NCBI GenBank assembly: GCA_026016205.1
Contig: CP061209.1
Coordinates: forward strand, 823,286-887,285
Length of the DNA stretch: 64,000 nt
From: Methanosarcinales archaeon
Lineage (GTDB): Archaea; Halobacteriota; UBA148; JAUWXC01
Reading direction: 5' to 3'
Shown: piece after piece, positions 10,524-21,189 of the stretch
Numbering within the stretch: the stretch's first letter is position 1
Layout of the letters: each line of letters opens with the position of its first letter
Position numbers and translations under genes: made by a program
The notes under the pieces: generated by a model
What the model was told of the DNA's origin: nothing
Databases searched by the model: none
The model's input: the letters and a program-made list of their open reading frames with translations, nothing else

Positions 10524-11011
10524 AGCCATATAATGACGCCGATGCTCGTCATTGTTACGATGATACCGGCGATTAGCACGCCGCTGAGAATGGCTGGAAA
10601 CGCGTATCTGGCCTTAATTCCAAACACAAGAGCGGCGGCGCAACCCGTCCATGCACCCGTGACCGGCAGAGGAATAGCAACGAATAGCGCCAGGGCCAAT
10701 GCGCCGTATTTTTGAACCGAATTGTTGTACCTCCTGTGTGTCCGGGCAAACAGCCAGTCGAAGAAATGGTCAAAGGTTCTGGCTCGCCTTAGTTTTGCAG
10801 ATACAGAATCCAGGAAAAGCAATAGAGGTATGATGGGGAGCATGTTCCCGACGACCGACAGGAAGTACGCCGTAGCTGGGTCGAGACCGTACACCCCTAT
10901 AGCAATAGGTATTGCAGCCCTGAGCTCGGCTATAGGAGCCATTGCGATCAAGACAACAATGACGCTTGAAGGGAGTGCCTGAAACCATTCTACGATATAA
11001 GATATGCACAT
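10520..11011 (-). CDS. COG2426 small multidrug export-like membrane protein
   Basis: [24 protein letters not shown]. Confidence 0.85.
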   Translation of the reverse strand: MCISYIVEWFQALPSSVIVVLIAMAPIAELRAAIPIAIGVYGLDPATAYFLSVVGNMLPIIPLLLFLDSVSAKLRRARTFDHFFDWLFARTHRRYNNSVQKYGALALALFVAIPLPVTGAWTGCAAALVFGIKARYAFPAILSGVLIAGIIVTMTSIGVIIWL

Positions 11012-11071
11012 TTACGTCCTCGTGTGAATAAATGTATATAGTATCTATAGATATCGTTACCCTATGGCAGG

Positions 11072-11971
11072 GTGAGCGTGATGGAGAACAGGGTAAAACT
11101 TGGAGAGAAGGGCGCCAAGGTCGGGGTCTTTGGCAACATAATACTGTCCATTTTCAAGCTAATTGTTGGGATAGTATCCAACAGCACTGCAGTCATGGCG
11201 GATTCCATGCATTCCCTCTCTGACGTCGCTACTTCGCTCATGGTCTGGTTTGGAATCAGGATGTCAGATAAACCGCCAGACGAAGAACACCCCTACGGGC
11301 ATGGTGATGTTGAGCCAATCATGGGCCTGTTGATTTCCGTTGCCATTGTATTGGTCGGATTTGAGTTTGCCAGACATGCGATAAACGAGATTTTTACGGG
11401 AGTTGTGGCGCCCACACCGCTGGCGGCATATGCAACCGTGTTCGTAATCATATATAAAGAGGGCATGGCAAGGTATGTCCTAAGCGTTGCTGATAAGATT
11501 AAAAGTCCGGCCTTGAAGGCGGATGCCCAGCATCACAGGAGCGATGTATATTCATCTATAGCAGTCTTGGTCGGGGTTGTTGGGTCGATATTGTTCTATC
11601 CGATTCTGGACCCACTCGCGGGGATTGCCGTATCGCTAATCGTCATAAAAATGGGTTTTGATGTAGGCAGAGAGAACATTCAGCATTTAATGGGCACGAT
11701 TCCCTCGCCAGAGGTAAAAGAGAGAATTGAGCGCCTGGCTCTGAGCGTCAAAGGGGTTAAAATGGTCCACAATATCCGTATCCATTATTTTGGAGCGTAT
11801 GCAACAGTCGACCTCCATGTATGCGTAGATGAGTCATTGCTGTTGAGTGAAGCCCACAAGATAGCACACCATGTACAGAGGAAAATAGTTGAAATCCCAG
11901 AGATATCATCTGCCTTGGTTCATGTGGAGCCGTTTGATGTACACCATAAAGAAGAACATGCTGAGAAATGA
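11072..11971 (+). CDS. Cation diffusion facilitator transporter
   Basis: ADSMHSLSD, HPYGHG, HHRSD, C-terminal VHVEP domain. Confidence 0.92.
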   Translation: MSVMENRVKLGEKGAKVGVFGNIILSIFKLIVGIVSNSTAVMADSMHSLSDVATSLMVWFGIRMSDKPPDEEHPYGHGDVEPIMGLLISVAIVLVGFEFARHAINEIFTGVVAPTPLAAYATVFVIIYKEGMARYVLSVADKIKSPALKADAQHHRSDVYSSIAVLVGVVGSILFYPILDPLAGIAVSLIVIKMGFDVGRENIQHLMGTIPSPEVKERIERLALSVKGVKMVHNIRIHYFGAYATVDLHVCVDESLLLSEAHKIAHHVQRKIVEIPEISSALVHVEPFDVHHKEEHAEK

Positions 11972-11982
11972 TGCTGTGTCGC

Positions 11983-13152
11983 TCACCTATCGCTAATCTT
12001 GGCTTCGTGTAATGACCTTGTGATGAGCGCAGGCACATCCAGCATGGCTTCCACTCTGGCCACATCCTTAACTTTCGCAGACGTTGCCGGGCGCCTGGGA
12101 ACCGCCTTGCACTCTCCTCTAGAGGATGTCGAGATATCAAATGTTCCAATTTTTTTCGCAAGTGTTACAATCTCGGATTTATCATACCCTATCAACGGGG
12201 CGTATATCGGAAAATTGATGCCAACGGATTCAGCGAGCAAATTCGCAGACGTCTGGGATGCGACCTGCCCCAAGGATGTGCCGGTTACGATTCCATACGC
12301 CTTTTCCTTCTTTGCAATCTCAACGGCAATCAAGTACATCATTCGCTTGCACAGCACGCATGTTAGTTTTGGAGGGCAGTGTTCTTTGATGGACTGCAAG
12401 ATATGCCCATGTGGTATCTCGTAAACAGTCATGAGATGGTTTGGCGCCCATCTCTGCAAGATGTCAATGCATTTCGTCGCTTTAATTCTCATCGCATCAT
12501 CCGAGAATGGAGTGATGTCATAAAACACAGGGATTATTTCACAGCCTCGTCTCATCATCAGCCACGCCGCCACAGGCGAGTCGATGCCTCCTGATATCAA
12601 TGCGACCATCTTGCCCTGCGTACCAAGCGGCAGGCCACCAACGCCTTTGACGATGTTATTATACACGTATGCCCTATCCTGCCTGACCTCGACGAATATC
12701 TCATGATCTGGCGAGGTTAGATTCACGCTGACGTTGCACTCCGTCAAGCGCTCGGCAACAGCAGCACCGCACACCCTTCCGATGTCCTCGCTGGAAAAAG
12801 GATGAATGCCCGCCTTGTGAGGGCGAATGGCAAAGGATTCGCCCTTGCCGATGAGCGCCTCCCCAACGTCTGCCGTTAGTTGTGCTATCGCATTAAGTCT
12901 TGGCTCCGTGGAAATCACAGGACTCGCTGATACCACGCCAAACACGTTCGCTACGACATCTGCGATGTGCTCGTCAGAGGAGTGGATGAAGATTCTGCCC
13001 CAATCCCTCCTGACGTTGGAGTATTCATTCTCGTGAAGTTGAAGCATTGCCTTGATATTGTCAACTAATGCCCTTTCGTAGCGACTGCGCACCCTGTCGC
13101 TTTTCAGCCCAATTTCGCCATACCTGACCAGGATTGCATCGTAGTTGAGCAT
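11983..13152 (-). CDS. thiI: tRNA 4-thiouridine synthase (THUMP + PP-loop, no rhodanese domain)
   Basis: VRYGEIGLKS, GGLPLG, SGGIDSPVA, CVLC, LGQVASQT. Confidence 0.93.
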   Translation of the reverse strand: MLNYDAILVRYGEIGLKSDRVRSRYERALVDNIKAMLQLHENEYSNVRRDWGRIFIHSSDEHIADVVANVFGVVSASPVISTEPRLNAIAQLTADVGEALIGKGESFAIRPHKAGIHPFSSEDIGRVCGAAVAERLTECNVSVNLTSPDHEIFVEVRQDRAYVYNNIVKGVGGLPLGTQGKMVALISGGIDSPVAAWLMMRRGCEIIPVFYDITPFSDDAMRIKATKCIDILQRWAPNHLMTVYEIPHGHILQSIKEHCPPKLTCVLCKRMMYLIAVEIAKKEKAYGIVTGTSLGQVASQTSANLLAESVGINFPIYAPLIGYDKSEIVTLAKKIGTFDISTSSRGECKAVPRRPATSAKVKDVARVEAMLDVPALITRSLHEAKISDR

Positions 13153-13262
13153 TGTATCCACACCACTCCTATCCTTCCTGAGCATAGTTTAATCTTGTGG
13201 AAACCGGCAAGGATTATCGAAAGGTAAAAAAGACATGACATGCATCTGTGCAGTAGGTTAAC

Positions 13263-14018
13263 ATGTTAGATGAAGTAACGATTACCAGGGCAATCGTCGA
13301 AGATTTTATGAAAACGTTTGTGGAGTACACAGACGTAGATGTTGCCATAGTCGGCGCAGGACCGTCCGGCATGGTGGCTGCCAAGTACCTTGCAGAGGGG
13401 GGTGCAAAGGTAGCCGTTTTCGAGCGGAAACTCAGCGTTGGTGGTGGAATGTGGGGCGGTGGTATGATGTTCCCCCGTATTGTGATACAAGACGAGGCGA
13501 AACACATATTGGAGGATTTTGAAATCCATTACTGGACGCATAAAGACGGATATTTTCTTGCAAATTCCATAGAGGTGGTCGGAAAACTCGTAAGCAAGAC
13601 CATTGCTGCCGGCGCCGAAATATTCAACCTGATGAGTGTGGAAGACGTTGTGATCAGGGATGATAAGATAACGGGCGTGGTCATAAACTGGAGCGCTGTC
13701 GAGCTGGCGAAGTTGCATGTGGATCCCCTAAGTATTAGGTCCAAAGTGGTTATCGATGGAACCGGGCACGATGCAGACGTATGCAGAATTGTTGAGAGGA
13801 AAATCCCTGGCGCGCTGAAGGTTGTTGGCGAAAAACCCATGTGGGCAGAGGTAGGGGAGAAGTTTCTCCTAGATGCGACGAAGGAAGTGTATCCAGGACT
13901 GATTGTAACAGGAATGGCAGCGAATGCCGTCACAGGAGGTCCGAGGATGGGGCCCATATTTGGTGGCATGATGCTTTCAGGTGAAAAGGCCGCAAAACTG
14001 GCGCTATCTAAGTTGTAG
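13263..14018 (+). CDS. thi4: Sulfide-dependent thiazole synthase (His-type Thi4)
   Basis: GAGPSG, GGGMWGGGMMF, LHVDP, DGTGHD, PRMGPIFGGM. Confidence 0.93.
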   Translation: MLDEVTITRAIVEDFMKTFVEYTDVDVAIVGAGPSGMVAAKYLAEGGAKVAVFERKLSVGGGMWGGGMMFPRIVIQDEAKHILEDFEIHYWTHKDGYFLANSIEVVGKLVSKTIAAGAEIFNLMSVEDVVIRDDKITGVVINWSAVELAKLHVDPLSIRSKVVIDGTGHDADVCRIVERKIPGALKVVGEKPMWAEVGEKFLLDATKEVYPGLIVTGMAANAVTGGPRMGPIFGGMMLSGEKAAKLALSKL

Positions 14019-14072
14019 CGTGTTGAAAACTTTTAAATACGACGTCGATAAGTTAATCTGTGGGGTGGGGAA

Positions 14073-14390
14073 GTGAATTATCTCGACGTCTTGAATTTAT
14101 ACTATGTTGGAGTTGCAATTATCGTCCTGTTTTTCACGTTATATAGTTCTGTGAACTTTCGGAGGACTGGCAAGAAGATACTAAAGGCGAGGATTTTCTT
14201 AAATGATGACATCCTGAGCAAAACGTGGGCATATGGCGTAGTCATAGGAATATCATTCGCCGTTCATGAAATCCTCAGTTCGTCTATGATTGCCTGCCAT
14301 CCTCCGTACCTCTGCGAGATAATGAAACTCGTCTTCTTGACCGCGTTGCTGGGGCTGATATACGAGTGGTACGACTTCGGAAGGTTTTAG
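14073..14390 (+). CDS. Small 3-TM hypothetical membrane protein
   Basis: Three hydrophobic segments, purine-rich SD before GTG. Confidence 0.6.
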   Translation: MNYLDVLNLYYVGVAIIVLFFTLYSSVNFRRTGKKILKARIFLNDDILSKTWAYGVVIGISFAVHEILSSSMIACHPPYLCEIMKLVFLTALLGLIYEWYDFGRF

Positions 14391-14869
14391 AACTTATATC
14401 CGATTTTTCGCAGGAATTCTTTTCGCTCTTCTACGTCTTTTTGTGTTTCAATGCCCTTTGCACTGGCGCCATCGACAACGCCGATGATTGCCTTTCCCAT
14501 TTCAGTTTTTACCACCAGCACTTCAACCGGATTGGAAGTGGCGCAGTAGATGCCGCAAACCTCTGGTGTGCTTTTTATGGCGTTCAGCACGTTGATGGGA
14601 TACGCCTCCTTTAAGAATATCAGAAAGCTGTGTCCTGCACCTATCCTTAAGGCGTTTTCTGCTGCAGCCTTCTTCAGCTCTGGATCATTGCCCTCACACC
14701 TCACCAGGCAGGGGCCAGATGCTTCGCAGAAGGCGATGCCAAACTTCGCGCCCGGAACTGTATTCACAATCGCCTCATACAGGTCTTCCACGGTCTTGAT
14801 GAAGTGCGACTGGCCCAAAATTAGATTGGCGCCAGATGGTATATCTATTTTAACGGTTTGAATCTCCAT
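14387..14869 (-). CDS. DUF355 / adenosine-specific kinase family protein
   Basis: [28 protein letters not shown]. Confidence 0.88.
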   Translation of the reverse strand: MEIQTVKIDIPSGANLILGQSHFIKTVEDLYEAIVNTVPGAKFGIAFCEASGPCLVRCEGNDPELKKAAAENALRIGAGHSFLIFLKEAYPINVLNAIKSTPEVCGIYCATSNPVEVLVVKTEMGKAIIGVVDGASAKGIETQKDVEERKEFLRKIGYKF

Positions 14870-14917
14870 GCCTACACCTCAATAAACATATTTATCAACG
14901 CTCGGCCTTTTAATTAT

Positions 14918-15970
14918 ATGCCCATGTCCAGAACAGGCGTCGTATATCATGATGATTATCTGAAGCACGAGACCGGAGAGCATCCAGAGCAGAAGGAGCG
15001 CCTGATTGCCATAATGAAATTGCTCAAGGAAACTGGTGCGCTGAAAAAGCTAACGCGCATCGCTCCGAAAAAGGCAACTACTGAGCAAATAGGGTATGTG
15101 CATGATGCCTCCTACATCGAGAATGTGCGAGGACTCTGCCAGAGCGGTAGAGGGATGTTAGATTCTGATACCATATTATCCCAAGATTCTTACGAGGTTG
15201 CGCTTTTGGCAAGCGGAGGGGTTATGAGCGCTGTTGATGTTGTCATAGACGATTTGAATAACGCCTTTGCGCTCATCCGTCCGCCAGGTCATCACGCGGA
15301 GGCTTCGCAGGGAATGGGATTCTGCATATTCAATAACGTTGCGATAGCGGCGCGCTATGCCCAAAGGCAACACAAACTGAAAAGAATTCTCATCGTAGAC
15401 TGGGACGTGCATCACGGCAACGGCACCCAGCACATCTTTTATGACGATGCCTCAGTTCTGTACTTTTCCATCCATCAGAGTCCCTTCTATCCAGGAACTG
15501 GAAAGACGGATGAAATCGGCACTGGTGATGGAAAGGGTTTTACGGTAAATGTCCCACTGCCGCGAGGGATGGGGGATGCAGGATACACCTACGTATTCAA
15601 TGAAATTCTAATTCCAATCGCCCTCGAATTTCGTCCTGAACTGGTTTTAATCTCCGCTGGGCAGGATGCTCATTTCGCCGACCCCATAGGAGGGATGAAC
15701 GTAACTGCAAAGGGATTCGATCAGCTTGCCGGCATAGTCAAATCAATCGCGAACTCGACATGTGAAGGGAGAATAGTTGCAGCGCTGGAGGGAGGATATG
15801 ACCTGACCGCGCTACCATATTCGGTTTTATCCATCCTCAACTCGTTTGGGGATTTGGGCATGGACATAAAAGAGCCGATGGCTACTCCAAAAGACGAATT
15901 ATCAGGCCAAGTCAGGGAAAGGGTAAAAGAAGTCAAAGAGGCGCAGAAGGAGTGTTGGCCTATCTCTTAA
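14918..15970 (+). CDS. Histone deacetylase family protein
   Basis: HPE...R, RPPGHHA, GFCIFNN, DWDVHHGNGT, SAG.DAH, EGGY. Confidence 0.93.
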   Translation: MPMSRTGVVYHDDYLKHETGEHPEQKERLIAIMKLLKETGALKKLTRIAPKKATTEQIGYVHDASYIENVRGLCQSGRGMLDSDTILSQDSYEVALLASGGVMSAVDVVIDDLNNAFALIRPPGHHAEASQGMGFCIFNNVAIAARYAQRQHKLKRILIVDWDVHHGNGTQHIFYDDASVLYFSIHQSPFYPGTGKTDEIGTGDGKGFTVNVPLPRGMGDAGYTYVFNEILIPIALEFRPELVLISAGQDAHFADPIGGMNVTAKGFDQLAGIVKSIANSTCEGRIVAALEGGYDLTALPYSVLSILNSFGDLGMDIKEPMATPKDELSGQVRERVKEVKEAQKECWPIS

Positions 15971-17303
15971 AATACTTCCTCAGAAAAATTCTGAAGTCTT
16001 TATCGTCCGTCTTGTCCATCCCGCTTATCCTGGTGATTTGCGCGCCCTTCAGCACGTGATACCCCTTTCCAATCGCCTCCGATACGTGCTTTCCCAGCCC
16101 GCAGGTTTCCAGTTGGGATTTAAGCAAATCTTTTGCCCTAGTATGCGCCCTGGAAATCTCCACAACATATGTCCCATCTTCAATGTAAGGATGAAGGTTA
16201 TCGTGCTTCGTTTTAAATTTCTCGGCATGCGCCGCCGACCCAACAGGTGGACCGACATGCTTTTTGATGTTCGGGAGCGTTGCCACTTCCATCTCCAGCA
16301 GGATAATTGACTTTGCACCAGACCAAACGCCGCTTCTGGACACCTTGAAATCATTCCTATGAAGTAAGTCTTCTATGGACCTGGCTGCCTTGTACAATTG
16401 AGGATAGAGTATATCATCCACGACATTCGGCGTATCAAACACGACTGCAAGCAACTCTGTTCCCCTGCGCTTCAACTCCTGGGCTAGCCCCTTATCGGTG
16501 AGTGGTTTTAGTGGCAGGGGGAAAAAGAAATGAATGCTGGGGCTCTTTAGAAATTCCCTCGACGCGTCAACAAACGTGCAAAAGTTGTCCAGCGACACGG
16601 CCGCTGCAACGTTCCTGGATGGGTCAACGGGGTCAATGATGGCCAGCGGGGCATCATGCTCGAGAGTTCTGTGATTTTCTATATCAATAACGATGTCCCT
16701 GCGCCATTTACTCGCATTTTGCACCACATCAAGGAAGGATTTGTATTTGATGATGAGAAGTTCGCAGAGGTAACCAGAGAACCCCATCGTCTTTAACTCT
16801 GAGCCGTAGACGCCTATGCCCTTCATGAATTGTTTGAGCAGGCGCGCCTCATCCTCCAACCCCTTGATTTTCTTCTTAACGTACTCATTATGAAACGGTG
16901 TCCGGTCCACAGCAGACCGTATAGCAGAGGCATCCCGCACCTCAAAGCATGGGACTATATCCACTTGGTATTCGCCAAAAAACGCCCGAATGTATGGATG
17001 TTCTGCATACCTCTCCTCGTATTTTGGTGCGACCTTTTTGGCTATCTCCAGCCCCAGCGACTCGAGCGTTTCGTCTGTCGCAGATTCCGGGAACATGATG
17101 AATATGTCAAGGTCCCTGTCGCCGGAAATCCACGTGTTTCTCGCTGCCGAGCCAACCAGCAAGGCGTGCGCCTCAACGCCAAGTTCTTTTGCGGTTGCGT
17201 TGACTTCGGCGATGATTTGATTGGTCAGTCTCTGCAATACTTCCTCTTCATTTTTGCCAGGCGTGACCTTTCGCAGCACCTGAGAGCGCGCCTTATCAAT
17301 CAC
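15960..17303 (-). CDS. cca: CCA-adding tRNA nucleotidyltransferase
   Basis: VGS.A..TW...DLDIF, YAEHPY, SAVDRTPFH, GFSGYLCEL. Confidence 0.95.
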   Translation of the reverse strand: MIDKARSQVLRKVTPGKNEEEVLQRLTNQIIAEVNATAKELGVEAHALLVGSAARNTWISGDRDLDIFIMFPESATDETLESLGLEIAKKVAPKYEERYAEHPYIRAFFGEYQVDIVPCFEVRDASAIRSAVDRTPFHNEYVKKKIKGLEDEARLLKQFMKGIGVYGSELKTMGFSGYLCELLIIKYKSFLDVVQNASKWRRDIVIDIENHRTLEHDAPLAIIDPVDPSRNVAAAVSLDNFCTFVDASREFLKSPSIHFFFPLPLKPLTDKGLAQELKRRGTELLAVVFDTPNVVDDILYPQLYKAARSIEDLLHRNDFKVSRSGVWSGAKSIILLEMEVATLPNIKKHVGPPVGSAAHAEKFKTKHDNLHPYIEDGTYVVEISRAHTRAKDLLKSQLETCGLGKHVSEAIGKGYHVLKGAQITRISGMDKTDDKDFRIFLRKYFKR

Positions 17304-17839
17304 AATCTCACCTCGTGCAGGGCTTCGTAGATTGGCCCTTTTGGCGTCAACGTGCTCTTTTTAAGTATGATGTGGTCGACTTTCATCGTCCCTACCTCAA
17401 CATCAGATAAATCTTTAATAGTGCTAACCAACTGCCCTTTCTGATCCATGGGAAGATGTTTAACCCTGGCTATGGTTGCGTGCGCCGCAAAGCGGTTATC
17501 TCTCTTAAATCCCAGCGGCTGGAGCGCTTCCTCCACAGCAGTATGCAGGTGATCAAAATCGCCCTCTGCACCAACCCAGATGACGTTTATGTGTCTTAAA
17601 CTGGGAAAAACGCCAACACCCCTTACCTCGGCTTCAAAAGGAGATACATGCACATTCTGCAACGCATCGCTTATTGGCTTGATTTGCGCCTCTTCTATAT
17701 CGCCCAGGAATTTTAGCGTGATATGCACCTGTTCAGGCTTTACCACTTTCACACCGTAGTTTGAAAAGTGCTGCTGGAGCTCTGCCACCTTTTTCGTTAG
17801 AGCTGCTGGAAAATCCACTGCAATAAAAGTTCTGATCAT
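17300..17839 (-). CDS. thpR: RNA 2',3'-cyclic phosphodiesterase (2H family)
   Basis: HITLKFLG and HATIAR 2H motifs, S.LTPKGPIY. Confidence 0.92.
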   Translation of the reverse strand: MIRTFIAVDFPAALTKKVAELQQHFSNYGVKVVKPEQVHITLKFLGDIEEAQIKPISDALQNVHVSPFEAEVRGVGVFPSLRHINVIWVGAEGDFDHLHTAVEEALQPLGFKRDNRFAAHATIARVKHLPMDQKGQLVSTIKDLSDVEVGTMKVDHIILKKSTLTPKGPIYEALHEVRL

Positions 17840-18417
17840 TCTACTCCCAATCTCAGCTGCTGATACCGCGGGTATAGCCCGCTAAGGTCCACCACTTCCC
17901 TTATGACACCAGCAAGGATTTCTGCCCCGGTTTCTATGATGGGATTGTTTCCCTTGTTGACGAAATCATAGGCGGGATCATCTAATGGGATGTTGATTTT
18001 CTTCACCATTGCCCTGTATTCCTTTAGATGCGGGTCTTTGGATTTTCTGGTCCATTCGGTAGCCATAGGCGATAGTCCGATCGATCGTAACTCCTGTTCA
18101 AAGCAGGGCCTTCTGAAGAGGGTGGATAGCACATAAACTCCAACGGCAAAGCGCTCGTTTGGCTCTATATCTGGCAAGCGCTCGCCTACAAGGGCATATA
18201 TATCCTTACCCTTGCCACCGACATAGGAATATACCTTGGAGGGAGGGATATCCTCTTCTACTAGGTGCCCCAGGTCTCTTAGGGCTCTCAGGTATCCTGT
18301 CAGGATTAACCTGTGCTGATCGTAACCTTGTTTCTTGATCTGGCGGGTTATGCCACTAATCGAGAGCTTCTTTGCCCCCAGTATCTTGGCCAGAGTATCA
18401 TAGAATTTCTGCTCCAT
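17836..18417 (-). CDS. Hypothetical protein with N-terminal winged-helix-like domain
   Basis: SISGITRQI...HRLILTGYLRALRDLGHL...PSKVY wHTH pattern. Confidence 0.65.
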   Translation of the reverse strand: MEQKFYDTLAKILGAKKLSISGITRQIKKQGYDQHRLILTGYLRALRDLGHLVEEDIPPSKVYSYVGGKGKDIYALVGERLPDIEPNERFAVGVYVLSTLFRRPCFEQELRSIGLSPMATEWTRKSKDPHLKEYRAMVKKINIPLDDPAYDFVNKGNNPIIETGAEILAGVIREVVDLSGLYPRYQQLRLGVE

Positions 18418-18554
18418 ATTTCCACCAGGACGTTAACTGATAACAGATGTAGTCAACTTGTTACCAGATTTGATAAAACTTTCTATTTTTTATTACCAAA
18501 CCTGATGTTAAAAATCGTTTTAAACTGCCGCCAATATAACTCTGAAGGGACATT

Positions 18555-18821
18555 ATGCTTAACTCCACCATGCTCAAAACAATTAATAAGGATAAGGAAG
18601 AGGTGGTAGTCTACACTACAGAAAGCTGCCCAAGGTGCGAACAGTTAAAGCGTTCATTGAAGTCGGACGGAGTGCACTACAAAGAGGCGGATATGTCCAC
18701 CCCTGCAGCACTCGCCGAGCTGAGGGCGAATGGGGTATTCAGTACATCTGCGCCAGTGCTGAAGGTTGGAGAGCGATTATTTACATCCAAGGACTTGTTT
18801 GAAGGAGAGGAGTCGGATTGA
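18555..18821 (+). CDS. nrdH: Glutaredoxin/NrdH-like redoxin
   Basis: VVVYT..SCPRC, SAPVL; overlaps nrdD start. Confidence 0.75.
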   Translation: MLNSTMLKTINKDKEEVVVYTTESCPRCEQLKRSLKSDGVHYKEADMSTPAALAELRANGVFSTSAPVLKVGERLFTSKDLFEGEESD

Positions 18822-21088
18822 GCACAGATATTAACGTAATCCAGAAAACACTTGAGGGTGCAGAAGCGCCCACAATGCCCAAGATTAGAACATCCGATGG
18901 ACACATCTTGGATTGGGACAGAGAGGCTATCGTCAGACAGTTGCTGAAGGAAACAAAACTCAGCGAGGAGTTTTACGGCATCCCCCCCATCGATGAAGAG
19001 ACAGCTAGAGAGGTGGCAAAGAAGGCGGAAAAGCGCATCAGGGCGATAGGAGTGAAATACCTCTCTGGGCCGCTGGTAAGAGAGATTGTAAATGTAATTC
19101 TGTTGGAAGATTATCACCAGGAATGGCGGAACATTTCCACAAGGGTTGGCACGCCAGTATATGATGCCCATATGATAGACACAGGCAACGGCTTCGAAGC
19201 GAATGAGAATGCGAACCTGCAGGACAATGCCGAAACTTCGCACAAGAAGAAGGCAGATAAGATTTCAAAAGAGCAATATTTGTTATTGCTGCCCCCCCAC
19301 CTATCCGATGCACACCTGAACGGGGACATTCACATACATGATTTAGAATACCTTGGCACACGCGGTTTCTGCCAAGATTGGGACCTGCGGTACTTCTTTT
19401 ATTATGGATTGATGCCGGACGGCTCTGGCACGAAGGCGAGCGTTGCAGGTCCGGCAAAGAAGACGGAGGTTGCAATACTGCATGCAGTAAAGGCACTAGG
19501 CAGCGCGCAAACGAATTTTGCGGGCGGACAGGGCTTCTACAATTTCCTGACGTTTTTAGCCCCCTATTTAGAGGGTCTTTCATATGAAGAGATAGAACAA
19601 TTGATGCAGATGTTCGTCTACGAAATGACGCAGATGATGGTGGCCAGGGGAGGGCAAATCGTCTTCAGTTCTGTGCAGCTCACCCCAGGAGTTCCCCAAA
19701 TATGGAAGGACAAGCCCGCCGTATATAAGGGAAAAGTGTGGAATGGCGAACAGGCGCCACTTAGAATATATAGGGAATTTGAACGAGAGGTTCGGCTGGC
19801 GTTCAAAGCGCTGATGAACGTCATGTTGAAGGGCGATTACTGGGGCAAGCCGTTTAACTTCCCCAAGCCCGAAATCTCCATCGAGCCCGATTTCATGACC
19901 GAGGATGAGGAGTTTAACAGAGCCCATCCAGAGTTGCCGACCTATGATGGATTGTATGACCTTGCATTCGAACTGGCGGCAAAATACGGCTCGCCTTACT
20001 TTGACAATCAGCTGCCGGAGTACAGGGGTGCTGGAAAGGGCATTTCGTGCTATCAATGTTGCGCCTACCAGTTCTCCACTACTGCTGAAGACGATGACGA
20101 CTTTGAAAACAAACTGTATTTTAGAGATGGCAAACATTTCTCCATGGGCGCATGGCAGGTCGTCTCGGTCAACTGTCCCAGGGCGGCGTATAGGGCAGAA
20201 TATGATGATGAGAGATTGTTCAGCGAGCTGAAGCGATTGATGGATGTCGCCATCGAATTGTTCAAGGTCAAGAAAAAGTGGATGAACATCGTAATCAAGA
20301 ACAACAGGATGCCATTCGTCGTGCAGCGCCCGAAGGATTCTCTCACAGGCAAGAAGGGGGATGTGGCAGTTTATACACAGGACCTCGTTTACACGATTGG
20401 CGTTGTTGGAATAAACGAGATGGTTCAACATCACATAGGTGCACAGCTGCATGAATCCCAGGAAGCGTTCAAACTCGCGATAAGAGCGATGACTGAGATG
20501 GAGTTCTATACTAAAGAATTGAGTGAAAAACACAACATGACAATCGCGTTAGCCAGAACGCCGGCTGAAACGACAGCACAGCGATTTGCGGTATCAGACC
20601 TTTTACATAGCGATTTTGCAACCTTTGCCGAAAAAGTCATCAAAGGCGATGTAGAAAAGGCAAAATCCCTCACAAAAGAGACGAGAGATCTGCCAATCTA
20701 TTACACCAATGGCACACACGTATTTCCAGGTGCAAACATATCGCTTATCGACAGGATTAACATCGAACACGCGTTCTTCCCCATCGTGGATGGAGGGGAT
20801 ATCCTGCATATATTCATGGGTGAGTCGACTCCGGATCCAAAAGGGCTGAAGGAGCTCGCCATGAACATCGCAAAGAACACGCAGGCTGGCTATTTTGCGT
20901 TTACAAGGGACATGACCCTCTGCATGGATGATTTCCACGTCGAAGCCGGTTTACAGGAGACGTGCAGCAACTGCGGGTCGAGCAACGTTGAGCACCTATC
21001 ACGTGTAACTGGCTATATCCAGGCTGTATCAGGATGGAATGCTGCCAAGAAGCAGGAGTTGAAGGATAGGGTGAAGTATGAGATTTGA
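18818..21088 (+). CDS. nrdD: Anaerobic (class III) ribonucleotide reductase with ATP cone
   Basis: ATP-cone, IHIHDL, PAETT, YYTNG, glycyl-radical RVTGY. Confidence 0.95.
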   Translation: MSTDINVIQKTLEGAEAPTMPKIRTSDGHILDWDREAIVRQLLKETKLSEEFYGIPPIDEETAREVAKKAEKRIRAIGVKYLSGPLVREIVNVILLEDYHQEWRNISTRVGTPVYDAHMIDTGNGFEANENANLQDNAETSHKKKADKISKEQYLLLLPPHLSDAHLNGDIHIHDLEYLGTRGFCQDWDLRYFFYYGLMPDGSGTKASVAGPAKKTEVAILHAVKALGSAQTNFAGGQGFYNFLTFLAPYLEGLSYEEIEQLMQMFVYEMTQMMVARGGQIVFSSVQLTPGVPQIWKDKPAVYKGKVWNGEQAPLRIYREFEREVRLAFKALMNVMLKGDYWGKPFNFPKPEISIEPDFMTEDEEFNRAHPELPTYDGLYDLAFELAAKYGSPYFDNQLPEYRGAGKGISCYQCCAYQFSTTAEDDDDFENKLYFRDGKHFSMGAWQVVSVNCPRAAYRAEYDDERLFSELKRLMDVAIELFKVKKKWMNIVIKNNRMPFVVQRPKDSLTGKKGDVAVYTQDLVYTIGVVGINEMVQHHIGAQLHESQEAFKLAIRAMTEMEFYTKELSEKHNMTIALARTPAETTAQRFAVSDLLHSDFATFAEKVIKGDVEKAKSLTKETRDLPIYYTNGTHVFPGANISLIDRINIEHAFFPIVDGGDILHIFMGESTPDPKGLKELAMNIAKNTQAGYFAFTRDMTLCMDDFHVEAGLQETCSNCGSSNVEHLSRVTGYIQAVSGWNAAKKQELKDRVKYEI

Positions 21089-21189
21089 GTTCCCCCAAAT
21101 AAAACCATATTAGATAATTTAAAGTCCTGTGGTGTTAACAACTCATAGCGCGCGATGGCGCGATAAAAAGGCAAAATGAGCGTGATTTT

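Noticed and set aside
13153-13262. TPP riboswitch upstream of thi4
   Set aside because: The region is short and lacks the conserved TPP aptamer sequence pattern.
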